Assembly: GCA_030264375.1 (NCBI GenBank)
Contig: JASCQW010000166.1
Span: forward strand, 15,406,512 to 15,470,511
From: Carcharhinus longimanus
Taxonomy: Eukaryota
DNA length: 64,000 nt
Direction: 5' to 3'
The notes under the pieces were generated by a model. That model was not told where the DNA came from and searched no databases. It worked only from the letters and a program-made list of their open reading frames with translations. Each line of letters starts with the position of its first letter. The first letter of the stretch is position 1. Made by a program: the position numbers and the translations under genes. Shown here piece by piece: positions 34,896 to 48,965 of the stretch.

Positions 34896-35309
34896 TGCAC
34901 TGGGTTTTAAGCAGGTTATTGTTAAAATATATCTTTTGGGCATGATGCAGTAGTTCTTAACCAATATCGGGCATAATTGTAATGAGGAAACTGAGCCAGA
35001 CAATAACTTGGCAGAAGATAAACATTCACGCTTTGGTTTTGTTGTGGAAGATAGTTTCTTATGGCTAATGTGCTCTTACAACAGAAATTGGAGTGCAACA
35101 TTTTGGTAAAGTATCGGCTTAGCGCGTGTTTGTGCAGCTTCGAGGCATTGATTATACGTAATATGGGTAGGTAAAATCTGGCTTAAACACTGGACCACAA
35201 TAAGCTGAGGTTTTACCAGTAAACTGTTGCACGTTCTTCCTGCTTGACCAGTAGTTGTCCATTTAGCTATGCCATGAACACCCACAACTTCAGCTGTTGC
35301 AGAAAGGAA

Positions 35310-36420
35310 TTGTATAATAACATTACAACAGCTTCATAACATGCCCAAAGTGCTTCATGGGAACATAATCAAGCAAGATTTGACACCAGCTGCACTGTTG
35401 AATCAGGTGCCAAGGAGAGCAGGAGTGATGGGTGACCAGGACTTGGGGAAAGTTGGGAAATGGGCAACTAAGTTTTGGGTGAGCTTCTTGTTTGAGGAGA
35501 GGTGAGCCAGCAGGGTACTGGATTATTGAGGTAAAATAGGCATGGATGAGGGTTTCAGCAACATAAAAGCTAAGGCAGTGACTGAACTAAATAATGTCAC
35601 AGAAATCGGAGTAGACAGGCTTGGTGTGGTTGAGTGGCCAGAAGGTCATCTAAAGTGGATTGCAACACCAAGATCGCACATGGTCAGGTCCAGCCCCAGA
35701 TAATTACCAGGGAGAGGGATGGGTTTGGTAGCTCGCGAATGGAGTTTGTAGCAGTAACTGGAGATGATATATTCAGTTTTGTTGTGGAACATTTCTGCTT
35801 CTCAAATGCTGTTTGTCAGACAAGCAGTGAGACAAATGAGAGCTCGTGAGGAGGATTGAGGGAGGTACTAGTGAGATAGAACTGGTTATCATTGGTGTAT
35901 ATGTGGAACCTGGTGTGTACGAGGAGGCCTCTGAGGGGCAGCACATATGTAAGGAATAGGAGGAGGCCAAGTATCCATCCTTGCACAACTTCACAACTAA
36001 CTGTGTGGAAGTGGAGATACTCTGGCTATGACTGGATAATCATGATGTGGAGTTGCTGGCGTTGGACTGGGGTAAACACAGTCAGAAGTCTGACAACACC
36101 AGGTTAAAGTCCAACCAGTTTATTTGACAGTAAACCCACAAGCTTTCGGGGTTTGCTGCTTTGTCAGGTGAGTGGAGAGTTCTGGTCTCAAACAGAGCAT
36201 GTAAAAGGCACACACAGTTTACAGAATACTGATTAGAATACGAGTCTTTACAGCTCACCTGTGTGTGCCTTTCATATGGACTTTAACCTGGTGTTGTGAG
36301 TGTTCTTACTGTGACTGGATAAATCAGAGTGAAACCAGGTGATTGCAGTCTCACCCACTGGGTGAAAGATGGTGCTGTGGTCAACCCTGTCAAAGGCTGC
36401 AGAAAGATCCTCAAGTCAGT
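35310..36420 (-). mobile_element. L2 LINE remnant with a nested Penelope-like insert
   Basis: Minus-strand L2 hallmarks (gatggtgctgtggtcaaccctgtcaaaggctgcaga = SAAFDRVDHSTI) and the L2 tail at about 35310-35390. Confidence 0.6.
36043..36312. mobile_element. Penelope-like remnant with inverted arms
   Basis: acaacaccaggttaaagtcca (36093-36113) is inverted as tggactttaacctggtgttgt (36277-36297). Same family as 5010-5415. Confidence 0.6.
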
Positions 36421-38269
36421 GTTCCCATAAATAACAGCAAACAACAATGCTGGTATTGAGCAGCCGATCTAAATCAGGCGCAAATCTGAATCAGAGTTAC
36501 TAATTGCTGTCCACATTTATGCTTCAATTGCCTTAGGAGGGAGCGTTTTGGCTGAGTTGTCGAAGCAAAGGAAATCCCTTGGTGCTTCACTGAAACATGT
36601 TTTCTAAATATAGAGTTGATCATGGAGTGGTTGTATGTAAAGATGCAACTTTCCTGCCAGAAGCTTGAATTTTGGAACGGGCCATCAACGATGAGAGAAG
36701 AGGGGAAACCTATTGAAATCTGACCCATTTGACATAGATTTTGTCCCAGTATGTTTCATAGTATGTGACCTGTTGCTATTAATTGTGTGCTGTGTAAAAA
36801 AAAGGGGAAAAAAAACAAATTTCATATCTCCTCAAAGGATTAAGGCAAAGTGCCAGTNNNNNNNNNNNNNNNNNNNNNNNNNNNNNNNNNNNNNNNNNNN
36901 NNTGAGCACTGGTCACATGATGTGTGTCGCAGCTGCTGCAACACTTCAGTGACCAGAGAGTTCAACCACTTTTCATTTGTGCAGAGCTGAGGAGTGCAAG
37001 CCTTGCTCCGTTTTTTTACCCCTCTGTGCAGCTGGCTGAAGGGAAAGGGTTTTGTTTTAACCTAAAGTACTGTATAAGTGTGTTACAGACCCTGTGAATC
37101 TGTATCCTGGTGTTGTGTGACTGTGTGTGTGTGTGTGTATTCATTTTCTGCAACGTATCCATGTGCAAGCAATTGTACTGGAACCGAATGTCAGCGTTCC
37201 CACTTGGCATTCAACTGAAGGAGAAGTGGGAGCATGAAGGGAAGGGTTTGATGGCCCATGCATTGGCACAGGTAGAATATTTTCTGTTCTTGGAGTTTAC
37301 TAAATGATGAACTGGTTCAGAGGTCACTGTATGGTTGCAAAATCCTTTTCGTTTTGCTGAAGTTTTCATTAACTTGGCACATACTGCATTTGAAAAATTC
37401 TGCAATGGCAAAAGTATAAATGACTTGATTTGCTTGTTTGTTTATTGGACCCTGCGAACCTCCTGGTTTCTGAGTTGGTGTTTGTAAGGCCCGTATAAAT
37501 GAGCAACGTGGTATGACTTGTCGGGCCCGTGAGTGTATTTCTTATGCAATAAAGGATTTCTGGATATTAGATCCATTCTATGTATTCGTGGGTACACAAC
37601 AGCAACCAACAAAGTGATTCAAGTGTCGTAAACAAGGAGTCTTCTGAACTCTGAAATTTAGTCCTGTATTCAATAATTGATAATTGGTCCAAGGCATAGT
37701 GTAATGATAACAGGTGAGAACTATCCATCACCACCAGAACAAAGTTCTGATTCAAGCCCTGTTACGGCCGGTATGCCAACAGTATTGGGAAGGTCCCTGC
37801 TTCCTTCTGTATATGTTCCAATTTACTGACACCATTTGATCGTCTGCCCCACCGTAATTGGTAACAAGAACTCAAAACGTAAATATTCTTGACAATAGAC
37901 TGAATTGTGTGTGTGTGATGGGTCAAGGTAAATGTCAATGTTGGTGCAATTTTGTTTGACACTATGGGGGACAGTTTGAAAATGGTGATAATATCCACTT
38001 GTCTTTTAAACTAGAGCAAGTCTTGGAAAGTTGCACCAAACTTTTCTGCTGCATCTTGGAAAATGAAGTTAGGGAGCCCAGAGGCTNNNNNNNNNNNNNN
38101 NNNNNNNNNNNNNNNNNNNNNNNNNNNNNNNNNNNNNNNNNNNNNNNNNNNNNNNNNNNNNNNNNNNNNNNNNNNNNNNNNNNNNNNNNNNNNNNNNNNN
38201 NNNNNNNNNNNNNNNNNNNNNNNNNNNNNNNNNNNNNNNNNNNNNNNNNNNCCCAAAAATTGACATCCC

Positions 38270-40896
38270 TAACAAGTTAACATAGACGATATTCAATAAG
38301 TCAGTCACTATTAGTGATGGTCTGGTGGTCCTTGTTCTCAGTCAATGGCAATGTCTGGTATCGTCTCTCACTGGTGGGAACCTCTGGCATTTTTGTCTTT
38401 GCACAAACGTTATCGGTGGTGGGTTTAACTAGCGTTGATGCAGGAACTCGAAGTTGTCCCCGTGTCTGATCAGTAGATGAAGTGTTGCTTCTCTCAGTAG
38501 TGTCTTTTGGTATCAGATTTGTAGGAAAGTTCAGGTCAGGACATGATTTGGTAAAATCTGGATTCTCAGCACGTTCTGATTCTGGGAGATCAGTTCTCCC
38601 AACCAACAGCTGGTCTGCATGTCTCCTCCAGATAACGTCATCTCTAGACCATATAATTGGCAGGTTCATTCTGTGCAAGGAGACTGGCAGGAACCCATTT
38701 CTCTCCGATGGACTAATTCCTCGCCAAAATGCCTTGTCCTTGATGGAAAACTCGATGCTTTGCTTTCTCACCATTCCATTTGTCCTTGTTGCTGTTGTGC
38801 AGTTCCTTTCGTTTTTGGGGGTTTCAACAGATCAAGTGTTGATCGTAGTTGTCATCATCATTAGTAATGCAAGAGAGGCCTTGCTCATGGAATATGCAGT
38901 ATTCCTATTTACTGGTCATGAAGAACCTTATTCCCTGGTTATTCTCAAGGTATGTTTAATGGTTTGAATGAATGATTTTGCTAGTCTGTTAGTAGCATGC
39001 TGATACAGTGCAGACCTAATGTTGAATATCTATCTCCTAAGAAACTTTTGAATTCTTGAGAAACATATTGAGGTCTGCTGTTGCTGACCAGTTGTTCCAG
39101 AATGACAGATATTTCTCCTAGCTTCTCGGTAGTCTTCTCTGATAAAGTAGATATCATCATAGTGACCTCAGTCCACTTTGTGTGAGCATCAGCCATTACT
39201 AAGAACATATATCCTTCAAAAAATCCTGCATAATCCACATGCGCTTGTTGCCAAGCTGCTTCTGCTCATTCCCGTGGATGCAGTGGTGCTAAAGGTGGCT
39301 GGTTTCTTACCTTCGCCCAGGAAGAGTATGTTTGAGCTTTCTCTTCAATGTCCGCATCCAATCCAGGCCACCAGAAGTAACTCCTCACTATTTCCTTCAT
39401 GTGTATGAATCCACAATGGCTCTTGTGTAGCTTCTCTAACACCCACTTTCTCAGTAGTGGCAGATTGATCATGCTGAAGACACCCTGACTGTACTGACAA
39501 CTCCAATCTTGTGGAGTAGTAGAGTTTCAAGTTAGTTCCAAAGTCTTTACTCGTAAAACCAGATCTATCACTTCTGACAGCAAAGAATTGCTCTGTGTGT
39601 GTTTTCTCACTTGCCTAGAAATGACAGGTGTGTTATCGACTTGTTGAAAGTATAAGATTTTCCTGCTTGAGCAGTCAGACGAACAACTTGGTAATGGCAA
39701 TCTTGAAAGTCCATCCGTATTTCCACGTAAGCTTGACTGTCAATACTTAGTAGTATAAGTATGTGCAGACAAAAGCATTGCCCATCTTTGCATTCTACTT
39801 GCTCCAGGTGATGGAATTCCTGTGTGTGGTCCAAAAAAGGATAGTGAGTGGACCATGGTTCATCCGCATTGTAAACCCTCTCTCTCTGACACAGAGAACT
39901 GATGGAATTTCTTCCCTCCAAAGATGATCCTTAATGCTTCCGTTTCAATCTGTGCATAGTTACTTTCAGTCTTGCCCAAGATGGAAAAGCATTAGGTCTT
40001 GTCTTCACCCGATGGGACGATGTGGGAGACCACAGCTCCTATGTCATGAGGGAATGCATCACAAGCTAACTGTCAGGGTAGAGTAGGATCAAAATGCTTA
40101 AGAATTTTAGATTTAAGTTACACTCCTTTGGCTTGCACGAAAGAGTTATTGCATTGATCCGACCATATCCACTTATTGCTGTGGCACAAGAGGTTATATA
40201 TTGTTTTCAAAATGGTTGCCAAGTTTGGAACAAATCTTCCATAACTGTTCAACAATCCTTAGAAGGAACGTAACTGGTTAATATTCTGAGATACAGTGCC
40301 CCTGTAATGACCTTAACTTTAAAAGGATATTTGTGAAGGCCAGTGGTGTCAATCACATGTTCCAAATATCCAGAGGTGGATTAGAAGAACTCACACTTGT
40401 CCTTGCATCTCTCAGACCATAGTCTTCCAATCACTGGAGAGTGGCATCTGAGATTTGAAAATGTCCCTCTTCATCTGTTCCAGTAATTAGGATGTCATCG
40501 AGATAAAACTAGACTCTGCTCAGTCCGCTTAGGATCTGATCCCTTGCTCTGTAAAACAATGTAGGAGCTTGGGTGAGACCAAATGGCAATTTTCAAGACT
40601 GGAATAAGAATTCTTGTCCATATTTACTTGTAAGTAAGTCTGGCTGAGGTCAGATTTGCTGAAATGTTGGCCTCATGCCAACCTCGGAAACAAGTCTTCA
40701 TTGTGAGGTAACTGTTCCATACGTAAAAGTGGATAAATGGCAACCTTGAAGTCTTCGCAAATCCTTGCAGATCCATTGTTCTTGATGACTTGAACTATAG
40801 GTGTGGCCCATTCACTAATGCTGACAGATTCCGAGACTCCGGTCCTCACAAATCATTTCAAATCGACCTAATATCATATGGTACAGACCTTGCCTT
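38270..40896 (-). mobile_element. Gypsy/Ty3 LTR retrotransposon pol remnant (RT, RNase H, integrase), antisense to KAT6A
   Basis: Minus frames give RICEDFKVAI, FSKSDLSQTY, FYLDDILITG, LACDAFPHDIGAVVSH, LHKSHCG..MKEIVRSYFWWPGLDADIE, DYAGFFEGYMFLVMADAHTKW and IWRRHADQL, in Gypsy domain order. Many stops and frameshifts. Confidence 0.9.
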
Positions 40897-42149
40897 NNNN
40901 NNNNNNNNNNNNNNNNNNCCTTTTGTTTTCAGTTTTACTGTAATACATTTCATGCTCCCTAATTCTTACAGTGACCTCCAACTTTGACATTTTTCTGCCA
41001 TGCAAAAGTCTCTGCACTTCCTAGAGGAAATGTCACTTTCAGTGTGTCCTCCAGTACTCTGGATGTCACTGAGACAACAGTTGGGTGATGCTTGATGCCA
41101 ACTGCACCCTATTTATGGCAAGTTTATTCCACTGCAGGCATTCTGACTGACTTTAACTCTTGACTCCCTTGTGTTTGTCTTCCAACTCTTAACTCCTTGA
41201 GTCGCCGTCTGTTGAATCCCTGTTACTGTTGGTTTCATGTGCCCTTGTATATCAGTTGAATTGTTCAGTTCCTTGTCCATTCATATGTTCAGTTTGCCTC
41301 AGTTTGGATCTGGGCTTTTATCACTTCTATTTCTGCTGTTTTACCACTTTTGTCTTTACACCTCCTAGATCCCATTTTTGTTTTGTTACGCCAGTTTTCA
41401 TTTCTCCTTTCTTGGGTATTTGGTTCTCCTAAATCCCAATTCCAACCCTTCAGTTTTCTTTGACCGTTGGATTTTGCTGCTTCTCTTTCTGATTCAATTC
41501 CCTCTTAGACCTGCAGCTTCCTTTTTCTGTCTCTCCTAACATCCTCCCATGGGCCTTCAGGGTACTGCCTTCTTTCATACAGCAATTGCCCCATCCTACT
41601 GTCTTTTTCAGTGCACTAATGTTACCAGCCTCTTTCCTTTCCAACTCCCCCTCCCATTGCTGACCATGTGAATCTTGCCAGCAGATCAGCGATCAGTGCC
41701 TATTCTCCGTGTGCCTTTTCAGAATGGTGAGAGTTCTCTGTTCCTTTTGAGCATTTCCCCTTATTCCACTCCCTCACTTCTCATTGAAAATGATCATTCA
41801 CTGCTGCCCACTCAAGTAGCATTAAAATTTTATCACCGCTTTCCCCACTCAGCCTTTCACTGAGCAATTTCTCAACCTTGTGATTTCGAATTCAATTTGT
41901 CATGTTATCACTTTTGAGTTGATGACCCTTTTTTTTCTTTGCTAACCTCATCCATCCTTGTAAAGTTCTCAACCCATATTTATAGCCACCTCCGAGACCT
42001 TGCCATCTCATGGTCTCTCTCTCTCTCTCCAATTCTATCATATCAGTCAGAGAGAAGGCCACCTCTGATCACTTCTTTTGGTATCACTCTCCACCCATAT
42101 CCTCCAGCTTCTCGATTGCCAACGGGTTCAGTGTTTATAGGGCAGAGCG

Positions 42150-42400
42150 GCAAGATGGCAAAGTGGAGTTGAGACTGATTTGATTGAATGATGGGGCAGC
42201 CTCGGGGTCCTAATAACCCTTGACTCCCTTGTCAATCAAAAATCTATTGAACACTGAATAACCTAGCTTGCACTGCTTTCTGGGAGGAGAATTCCACAGA
42301 CTGAATAATCTCAGAGAAAAAATTTGTCTTTAGTCCTGCTTTAAATGAGAAACCTCTTCTTCTTAAACTGTGTTCCCTAGTTCTCGTCCATTACCAGCTC
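42150..42400 (-). mobile_element. CR1 3' fragments
   Basis: ccttgactcccttgtcaatcaaaaatctat..gaattccacagact..cttaaactgtgttccctagttct. Confidence 0.6.
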
Positions 42401-42489
42401 CACACAACTCAGACAATATTACCAGTCATTGCAACTTGGCTCTCAACATTCTCCCAGCATCTACCTTGCTGAGCTTCTGAATGTTTCAG

Positions 42490-42950
42490 TAAGGTTATTT
42501 AGAAGATTGGGAGGTAATCTTATTCAAACTTGGAATGTCCTGAGGGAACTTGAGGGGATAGATACCGGAAGAATGTTTCCACTTACTGAAACATTTCATT
42601 CAGAGGGGGCTCGGCAAGGTAGATGCTGGATGCCCCCTCTTGTGGGAAAGCGAGAACTCGGGGCACAGTTTAAGCATGAGTGCGCTCCCATTTAAGACAG
42701 AGATGGAGAGGAATTTCTTTTCTCAAAGAGTCATTAATCTTTGAATACGTTGAGGGCTGAGTTACGGTCCACCCTCCATTCGCCTCTGTGGAAGAGATTT
42801 CCAGTTTTTTGATTGACAAGGTAGTTAAGGGTTGTGTGGGACAGGAAAGAAAATGCTGTTAAGGCTGCAATCAGATCAGTCAATAACATCTTGAAAGATA
42901 GAACAGGCTAAGGGGCCAAATGGCCTACTACTCCTTCTGTTTCTTATGAT
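42490..42950 (+). mobile_element. CR1 3' fragment
   Basis: RRLGGNLIQTWNVLRELEGIDTGRMFPL, and tail ggggccaaatggcctactactcc..tttcttatg. Confidence 0.7.
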
Positions 42951-45074
42951 TTCATTGTGCCTGGTGATATTAGTCTGAATTGTGTGGCACTGGTAATTTT
43001 AGCGGCATTCTGTAATTTTCTTTCTCATTTCTATGAAAAATTATTTTCTTTTCAGCACTTGTGTCATCCTGTGACAGATAAAACTCATAACTTGCGTGCT
43101 TTATTGTCTTCCCATTCAGAATAATTATAAAGCACAGCAGTTGAAATTAATCAACTGAAAAGCTGGGAAGATTATGTTGCAATTCCAATTAATGGATAAT
43201 TGGTGGCACACAATGATGGGAGGAGGAGGATGCATGCAGTTTGGAACATGGGAATGGGATCTGGCTTTCCTGTCTTGTTTTACAACACAGAATTTAGATA
43301 AAAGTTTGTGGAAGGAAATTGCTTCATATGTCAATATGCAATACTGAGAATTTTAAAATCAATTTAGCAAGTGCAGGAGTGATGCACGAGTGGTTATTGG
43401 TGCGCGTTGGGCTAGAGACGAGGGCAGCCTTTTGGATGGTTTGTGGAGGGTGAAAGATGGGATGTGTGCCGGGGTGGAAGTTTGGAGGTAAAAAAAGAAA
43501 TAGACTTGGCCAGCGTTCTCATAAAAACATGTAAAAGTGATAGATTGGAAAAGACCAGCTGGTCCATCAAGTCTGTCTCGTAATGTTGCAGTTGAACATC
43601 AAAACTGCAATGTAATACAAAAATACAAGGTCAGTTTGAAGAAAGGCTTCTGAGCATTTGATCTCCAATGCCCACAGGGAGTCTGAATTATATCCAGGAA
43701 GGCACCACAGTCATAAGATGTATCACCCAAAACCTACTTACCTTTTGTAAGTCTGAACTTGTCCACTTAGTTTTGAACACACGGTGGATATACTTTTCAC
43801 CCAGTGGAGATAGCAGGACCTGTAGTTCTAATACGCATTGCCATTTGCAGTGAGCCACAGCATTAGCATCTTCCCTGCAGGCTCCCTCATCAAACGGGGA
43901 GAGAGAGAGAGAGAGATCAGAGGGACAGTTGGATACTGTAAAAGGAGACATTTTGAATTAAAGGAATCTTGCACCCACTTGGACACTACACCTTTAGTCA
44001 ACTTTACATTAGATTATTACTAACTCTGCATCAGTCTGCACCAAGTTGTCATCAAAAACCTTGGCCATACCTTGGAAGTCCCAATGAATCAGTCCATAAC
44101 AATCCTTCATTCCTTCTGTGAACATGAAAAAACATTTAACTATTTGCATCTCAGTTATTCAGTCTCCCTCACTGCCTCGTTAATTGCTTTGATAACAGCT
44201 TTCTGTCGCTTAATTCGTGCTTCATCCCTAGTCTCTTGAGAACTATATTCTTTAAATGTGTGAGTCAGATTTGTTCTTGTGAGAGAAGTACTTTGGTCAC
44301 TTCAGTTTTGTTTTAAGTACGTATTTGATTTCATAAACGTGCTCAGAATGCCACTGAGATTAAAAAATTCATGAGTGACTGAATACCCCAAACAAGGCAT
44401 TCCAAAACAAAGATATGTGGTTCCTTGGATATTACTTCCAACTTTATAGCCAGATTTATGTTTGTCTAAATTGCTACTGTTTGTTGTATGAGAGAGGATG
44501 CCCAGTGAGCAGGCTGCCACTCGAATTCTGGCATTATTTGCTCACAAGGTTTTGGTACTCTGTTAATCAGACCTTGACAACCCATTGTTGGCAGTTCAAT
44601 CTTTGTGAAGTAATTGAATTAATAACCTTATTGAAATAGGAACATACAGTTATTGCAGTTAATTCTAGGATCTTGCACTTCTTCTAATGCCACAATGCCC
44701 CTGTTCCATGTCTGTTGAAACATGGGCCTTTTTTTCCTTTATGCTTTACATAAGACTGGAAGGACATGAGTTTTTATTTGTTAACTTGTTGATTCCCCTT
44801 GCTCAGGGTGAGTTCTGAATCTCAGTTTTGCTGTTCTGTGTACATAGTGTAAATGTAACATAAAAAAGGGAGAGTGACAGCTAAAGATAGCAAGTCACAC
44901 TAGCAAAAGGAGGAAAATGATTCAACAGGATTGATGTTGGAACCACTAAGTTCACAAAGCAAAAACCACAGATGCTGAAAATCTGAAATAAAGCAGGTCA
45001 GGCAGCATCTATGGAGAAAAAAAAAGTTAGTTAATGTTTAGGGTCAAGATGACCCTTCAGATCGTTCATTCTCC

Positions 45075-45965
45075 ATATTTCACCATTTACATTAATGCTT
45101 TGGACTTGTTAATCAGAAGAATAATTTCAAACTTGTGTATGCCACCAAATTAGATTGTGTGAATAAAATTGAGAACTGCGAAACAACACAGAAATGTTAG
45201 TGATAAACTTAAGGGACGGATATGTGATTGGCAAATGAACTCCAATATAGATAAGCTTGAGATGGTGCTATTTGAAAGGAAGAATAAGGTGGCCCCATAC
45301 TCTTTGGGAAGTGTGGGTATGGGTTCAAGGAGCAGGAGGATGTACGATACAGAAAGTAGTGGAAGTAATGATGCAGATTATAAAGTCCATTTATAAAAGT
45401 AAACAAAACACACTTGTTTGTTTTAGAGGAATAGCTTTGGAAAGCACAGTAGTGAAATGTTGAACTTTTATACAATGCCAGTTAGACCACATCTGGGAAT
45501 CCTGCAAATAATTCTGGTCTCCAGATTATTCAGAGAATATAAAGGCAGTTGAAAAGGCGCAAGAAAATAAGGTATACAAAAGTGATAGCAGAAGTCAGGT
45601 TATGTCCGATAGGAAAGATAAAATAGGCTGATGCTTTTTCGTCTTGAAGGGTGATCTGATAAAGATTTATCCTACTAAACCCTTTAAGAATCTTAGAGCG
45701 ATATTTTCACTTGTAGGAGACACCAGTACTTAGGGTCATAAATCTGAGATGGCGACTAATCAATCCAATTTTACTGAGAGAGTGGTGAGGATGTGGAACA
45801 CTACCAAAGGTGTAGTTTGAGATAAATCGCCAAAGATTGAGAAAGGAGTGAAAGGATTTGGTTGATGGAATTAGATGATGAAAGGTGGAAGGGGGCTCAT
45901 GTAGAACATAAAAATCAGGATGGACCTGTTGGACAGAAGAGTCTGCTACTGTACTACAAATGCTG
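45075..45965 (+). mobile_element. Old CR1 RT/3' fragment
   Basis: WQMNSNIDK, gttagaccacatctgg..ttctggtctcca, gagagtggtgaggatgtggaac. Confidence 0.6.
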
Positions 45966-48099
45966 TTTAACGCAATGGATTTTATAATCTATTGAAGCCT
46001 TCTATTATGCACATTATAACATTGTGCTACACCTGTGTATACATCGGCTTTCGCAGGGGCCGTAAAAACAAAACTCTTTGGAAATATGATTTACCAAAGA
46101 ATTCGCCAACACTGTAGTATCTGTCCTAGAAAGAGCTCTGGGATGACTGAAGTTGCACTGGTGGGCAGGATTATCGGTTTTCATGGAATTTGAGCTAGAA
46201 TAGCTGGCGGGCCTGCTTTGCAGATTGTTCTTGTATGTGCACTTGGGACAAGCAAAAATATGGAAAGCCAGTAGGCAAGTAGTATATTTTAATATGTTTT
46301 ATAATGAAATGATTTTTCTTGCTGTGAACAGCTTTGAAATTTGAATGCTGTTTCTGCACATAAAACCTTTCAGTTAAAAGGTGTGCCTTTAACTGGCATC
46401 ATGTGACAAGATAATTTTCCTGGAAAACAAGATCAGGTATTCGAGGTTTAGGTTACTTCATGCATCTGATGTAATTTTGCTGCTGTGAGGCCAGCACAAG
46501 GAGAAACATTCTTCTTCAATTATCTTTGAATATTTGTGGATGTGATTACTGTTAAGTGGAGTGGCTAGGATTTTGCAAAGGCAGTGCTCTGTTCGTGATC
46601 AGCTTTTTCCTGCAAATGAAACATATTCCTTTGGGATTCTACAGCTGCATGTGGCAATGATGTAATTGTTTGCAAAAGGTTTTTTTCCTCAAGTTACCTG
46701 TAAAGTACCTCATTAACTGCATCACTGCGACAGCAGCGCCCATGTACGGAGAAGTGCTCCTTGGGGATGTATGTTTATATCCCTATGGAGGATGTCTGTG
46801 TGCTATCTATTTTGTTTCCAACAACTGTGAGCGCAATGATCTGTTCTTTTGTTGCTTTACATCCTTATCTCTCCCTGTTTTCTCGCAGTTCCTCTAATTT
46901 GCATCCCTGCACCTGTAGAAATTCTCAATGTGACAAAGTATTTGACACTGAAGTAATGATTGAGATGTAGTTTCATAATTCCACATTGTATATCTGCAAA
47001 AGACTAGAAGCCAGTACTTACCTATCAGTGGTATTCAGTCGGAATACATATAAGTTCCAACACAGAGAGAGGTCAGTCAGCCAACCAGTATTTGTCAAAA
47101 ATAATAAAGTGCTGGAAAACTCACCAAGTCTGCGTTGGGGAATCTCTCTTGGAACTGCAGAATGAAAGGGTTAATGCAACAATTGCTTGGAAAGTGCTAA
47201 CTTCCTCTGGGTAATTGCCTGGCACAAGAAAATGTATGAAAATGAAGTTTAATTTGCACACACAAGATAGTCCCGGCCATGTTACACTGATGGTTACCTC
47301 AAACAGGTGAGAAGAATTAAGCATTAAAACCTCTTCTAACTTCTGGGTGACCATCGCAAAGACACAGAATCCCCCACTACATGGGACTCCCCATTTGGAT
47401 TCCCGTGACACTTTCTCCACCCCTCCCCCACCACTTTTGATGTCCAATTTCTCCAACCCAACCCATTGCCCTCCCAATATCCAACACCCCAAATCCCATC
47501 CACTTATCTTAGACTAGGGAGAAGGTAAGTCCCAGTAGTATTCACTGGAGCTTTCAAGTTACCTGGTTTGTGGCAGCTACTTCAGTAAGAAAGGGTGTAT
47601 TCTTCACTTCAGCATTGAGCTTTGGGGACAGCTGCACTGCCTGGTTCTCAGCAGGCCCAAGTTGGAAGGTTGGGCAAGACAGAGGCGGAAGAAGGCCCAC
47701 ACGAGGAATTAGACACAGAATTGCAATCCAACATGTATTGCCACTCCCAAGTAAGTTACAGCCCATGATCTTGTCATCTGTACTGGGGGGGAAAAAAAGC
47801 ATGGTTCAAGCCTTTATTTCTGTTTCTCAGACTGTGGTCACAGAGCTGAGACCAGTCGCATACACATCCTGTTCCTTTTGGGAATTCTGGAACACTGTGA
47901 GTACTGGAAAACTGCTTACACAAGTGGCTGCAATCACTCTAGCTGAGTATGTGGCTGCGAGCATCACCACAAGGCATGCAGGATGCTTAAAAGTCTAATT
48001 GGCAGCATATTTCAGGACGTAGTCATCCCGCAGCCACAGAAGGTACCAAGAGCAAGTTAGTTATGCCAGATAGGGTTAGACTCAGCCAGCCGATTTTCG

Positions 48100-48965
48100 C
48101 TTTGTGCATTTCCCTTTAGGAATGTTGGTAAGCCTTTGGGGAGGATGTAGAAGAAATTCACTGGAATGGAATCAGGAATCAGAGGTTCAATTAAGCAAAG
48201 AGCTAAGAGAAGCTCTGTTTGTTCTCCATGGAGAAGAAAAAGTTCAGGTTGTGTGGTAGTTTATTAGTGTCACGAGTNNNNNNNNNNNNNNNNNNNNNNN
48301 NNNNNNNNNNNNNNNNNNNNNNNNNNNNNNNNNNNNNNNNNNNNNNNNNNNNNNNNNNNNNNNNNNNNNNNNNNNNNNNNNNNNNNNNNNNNNNNNNNNN
48401 NNNNNNNNNNNNNNNNNNNNNNNNNNNNNNNNNNNNNNNNNNNNNNNNNNNNNNNNNNNNNNNNNNNNNNNNNNNNNNNNNNNNNNNNNNNNNNNNNNNN
48501 NNNNNNNNNNNNNNNNNNNNNNNNNNNNNNNNNNNNNNNNNNNNNNNNNNNNNNNNNNACGTTCAAATCATTTTGATAGAGTGAATGCGAGGAAATTAAT
48601 TCCAGTAGTGGAAGGGTTAGTAAACAGGACACAAATGTAAAATGTTTCCCAGAGGCAACATGGGCAAACTTCTTAGACAGAAAGTTACTGTAATCTAGAA
48701 TAGACGATTGGTGTGAAAGAGTATTGGAAACAGAATTAGTTATAACTTTCAAAGAGGAATTGGATATAATGTTTAAGGGAGGAAAAAAATTTCAGAGCTA
48801 AGGGAACAAGAGGAGAAAATGACTAATTTAGATGTGCAGGTTAGGTGGTTTGGCAAATGTGAGATTACGGGGGCAGGGTGGATTTAAGATGCTCTGTCAA
48901 ATAGTCAGTGCAGACTCAATGGGTTGATGGCCTCCTTTTGCACTGTAGGGATTATGTGATTCTAC
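48100..48965 (+). mobile_element. CR1 3' fragment followed by a 5'-truncated HE1 SINE (48831-48963); contains a gap
   Basis: ttgttctccatggagaagaaaa, ttcaaagaggaattggata, gatgtgcaggttaggtgg..ggcctccttttgcactgtagggatt. Confidence 0.6.

Noticed and set aside
46860-46940. Possible microexon after ctccctgttttctcgcag in intron 8
   Set aside because: Good acceptor, but no convincing donor or KAT6-like coding similarity.
47570-47998. 142-aa + strand ORF with a GTAAGT nearby
   Set aside because: No homology that I recognise and a non-ATG start. Exons 8 and 9 already join in frame without missing residues.
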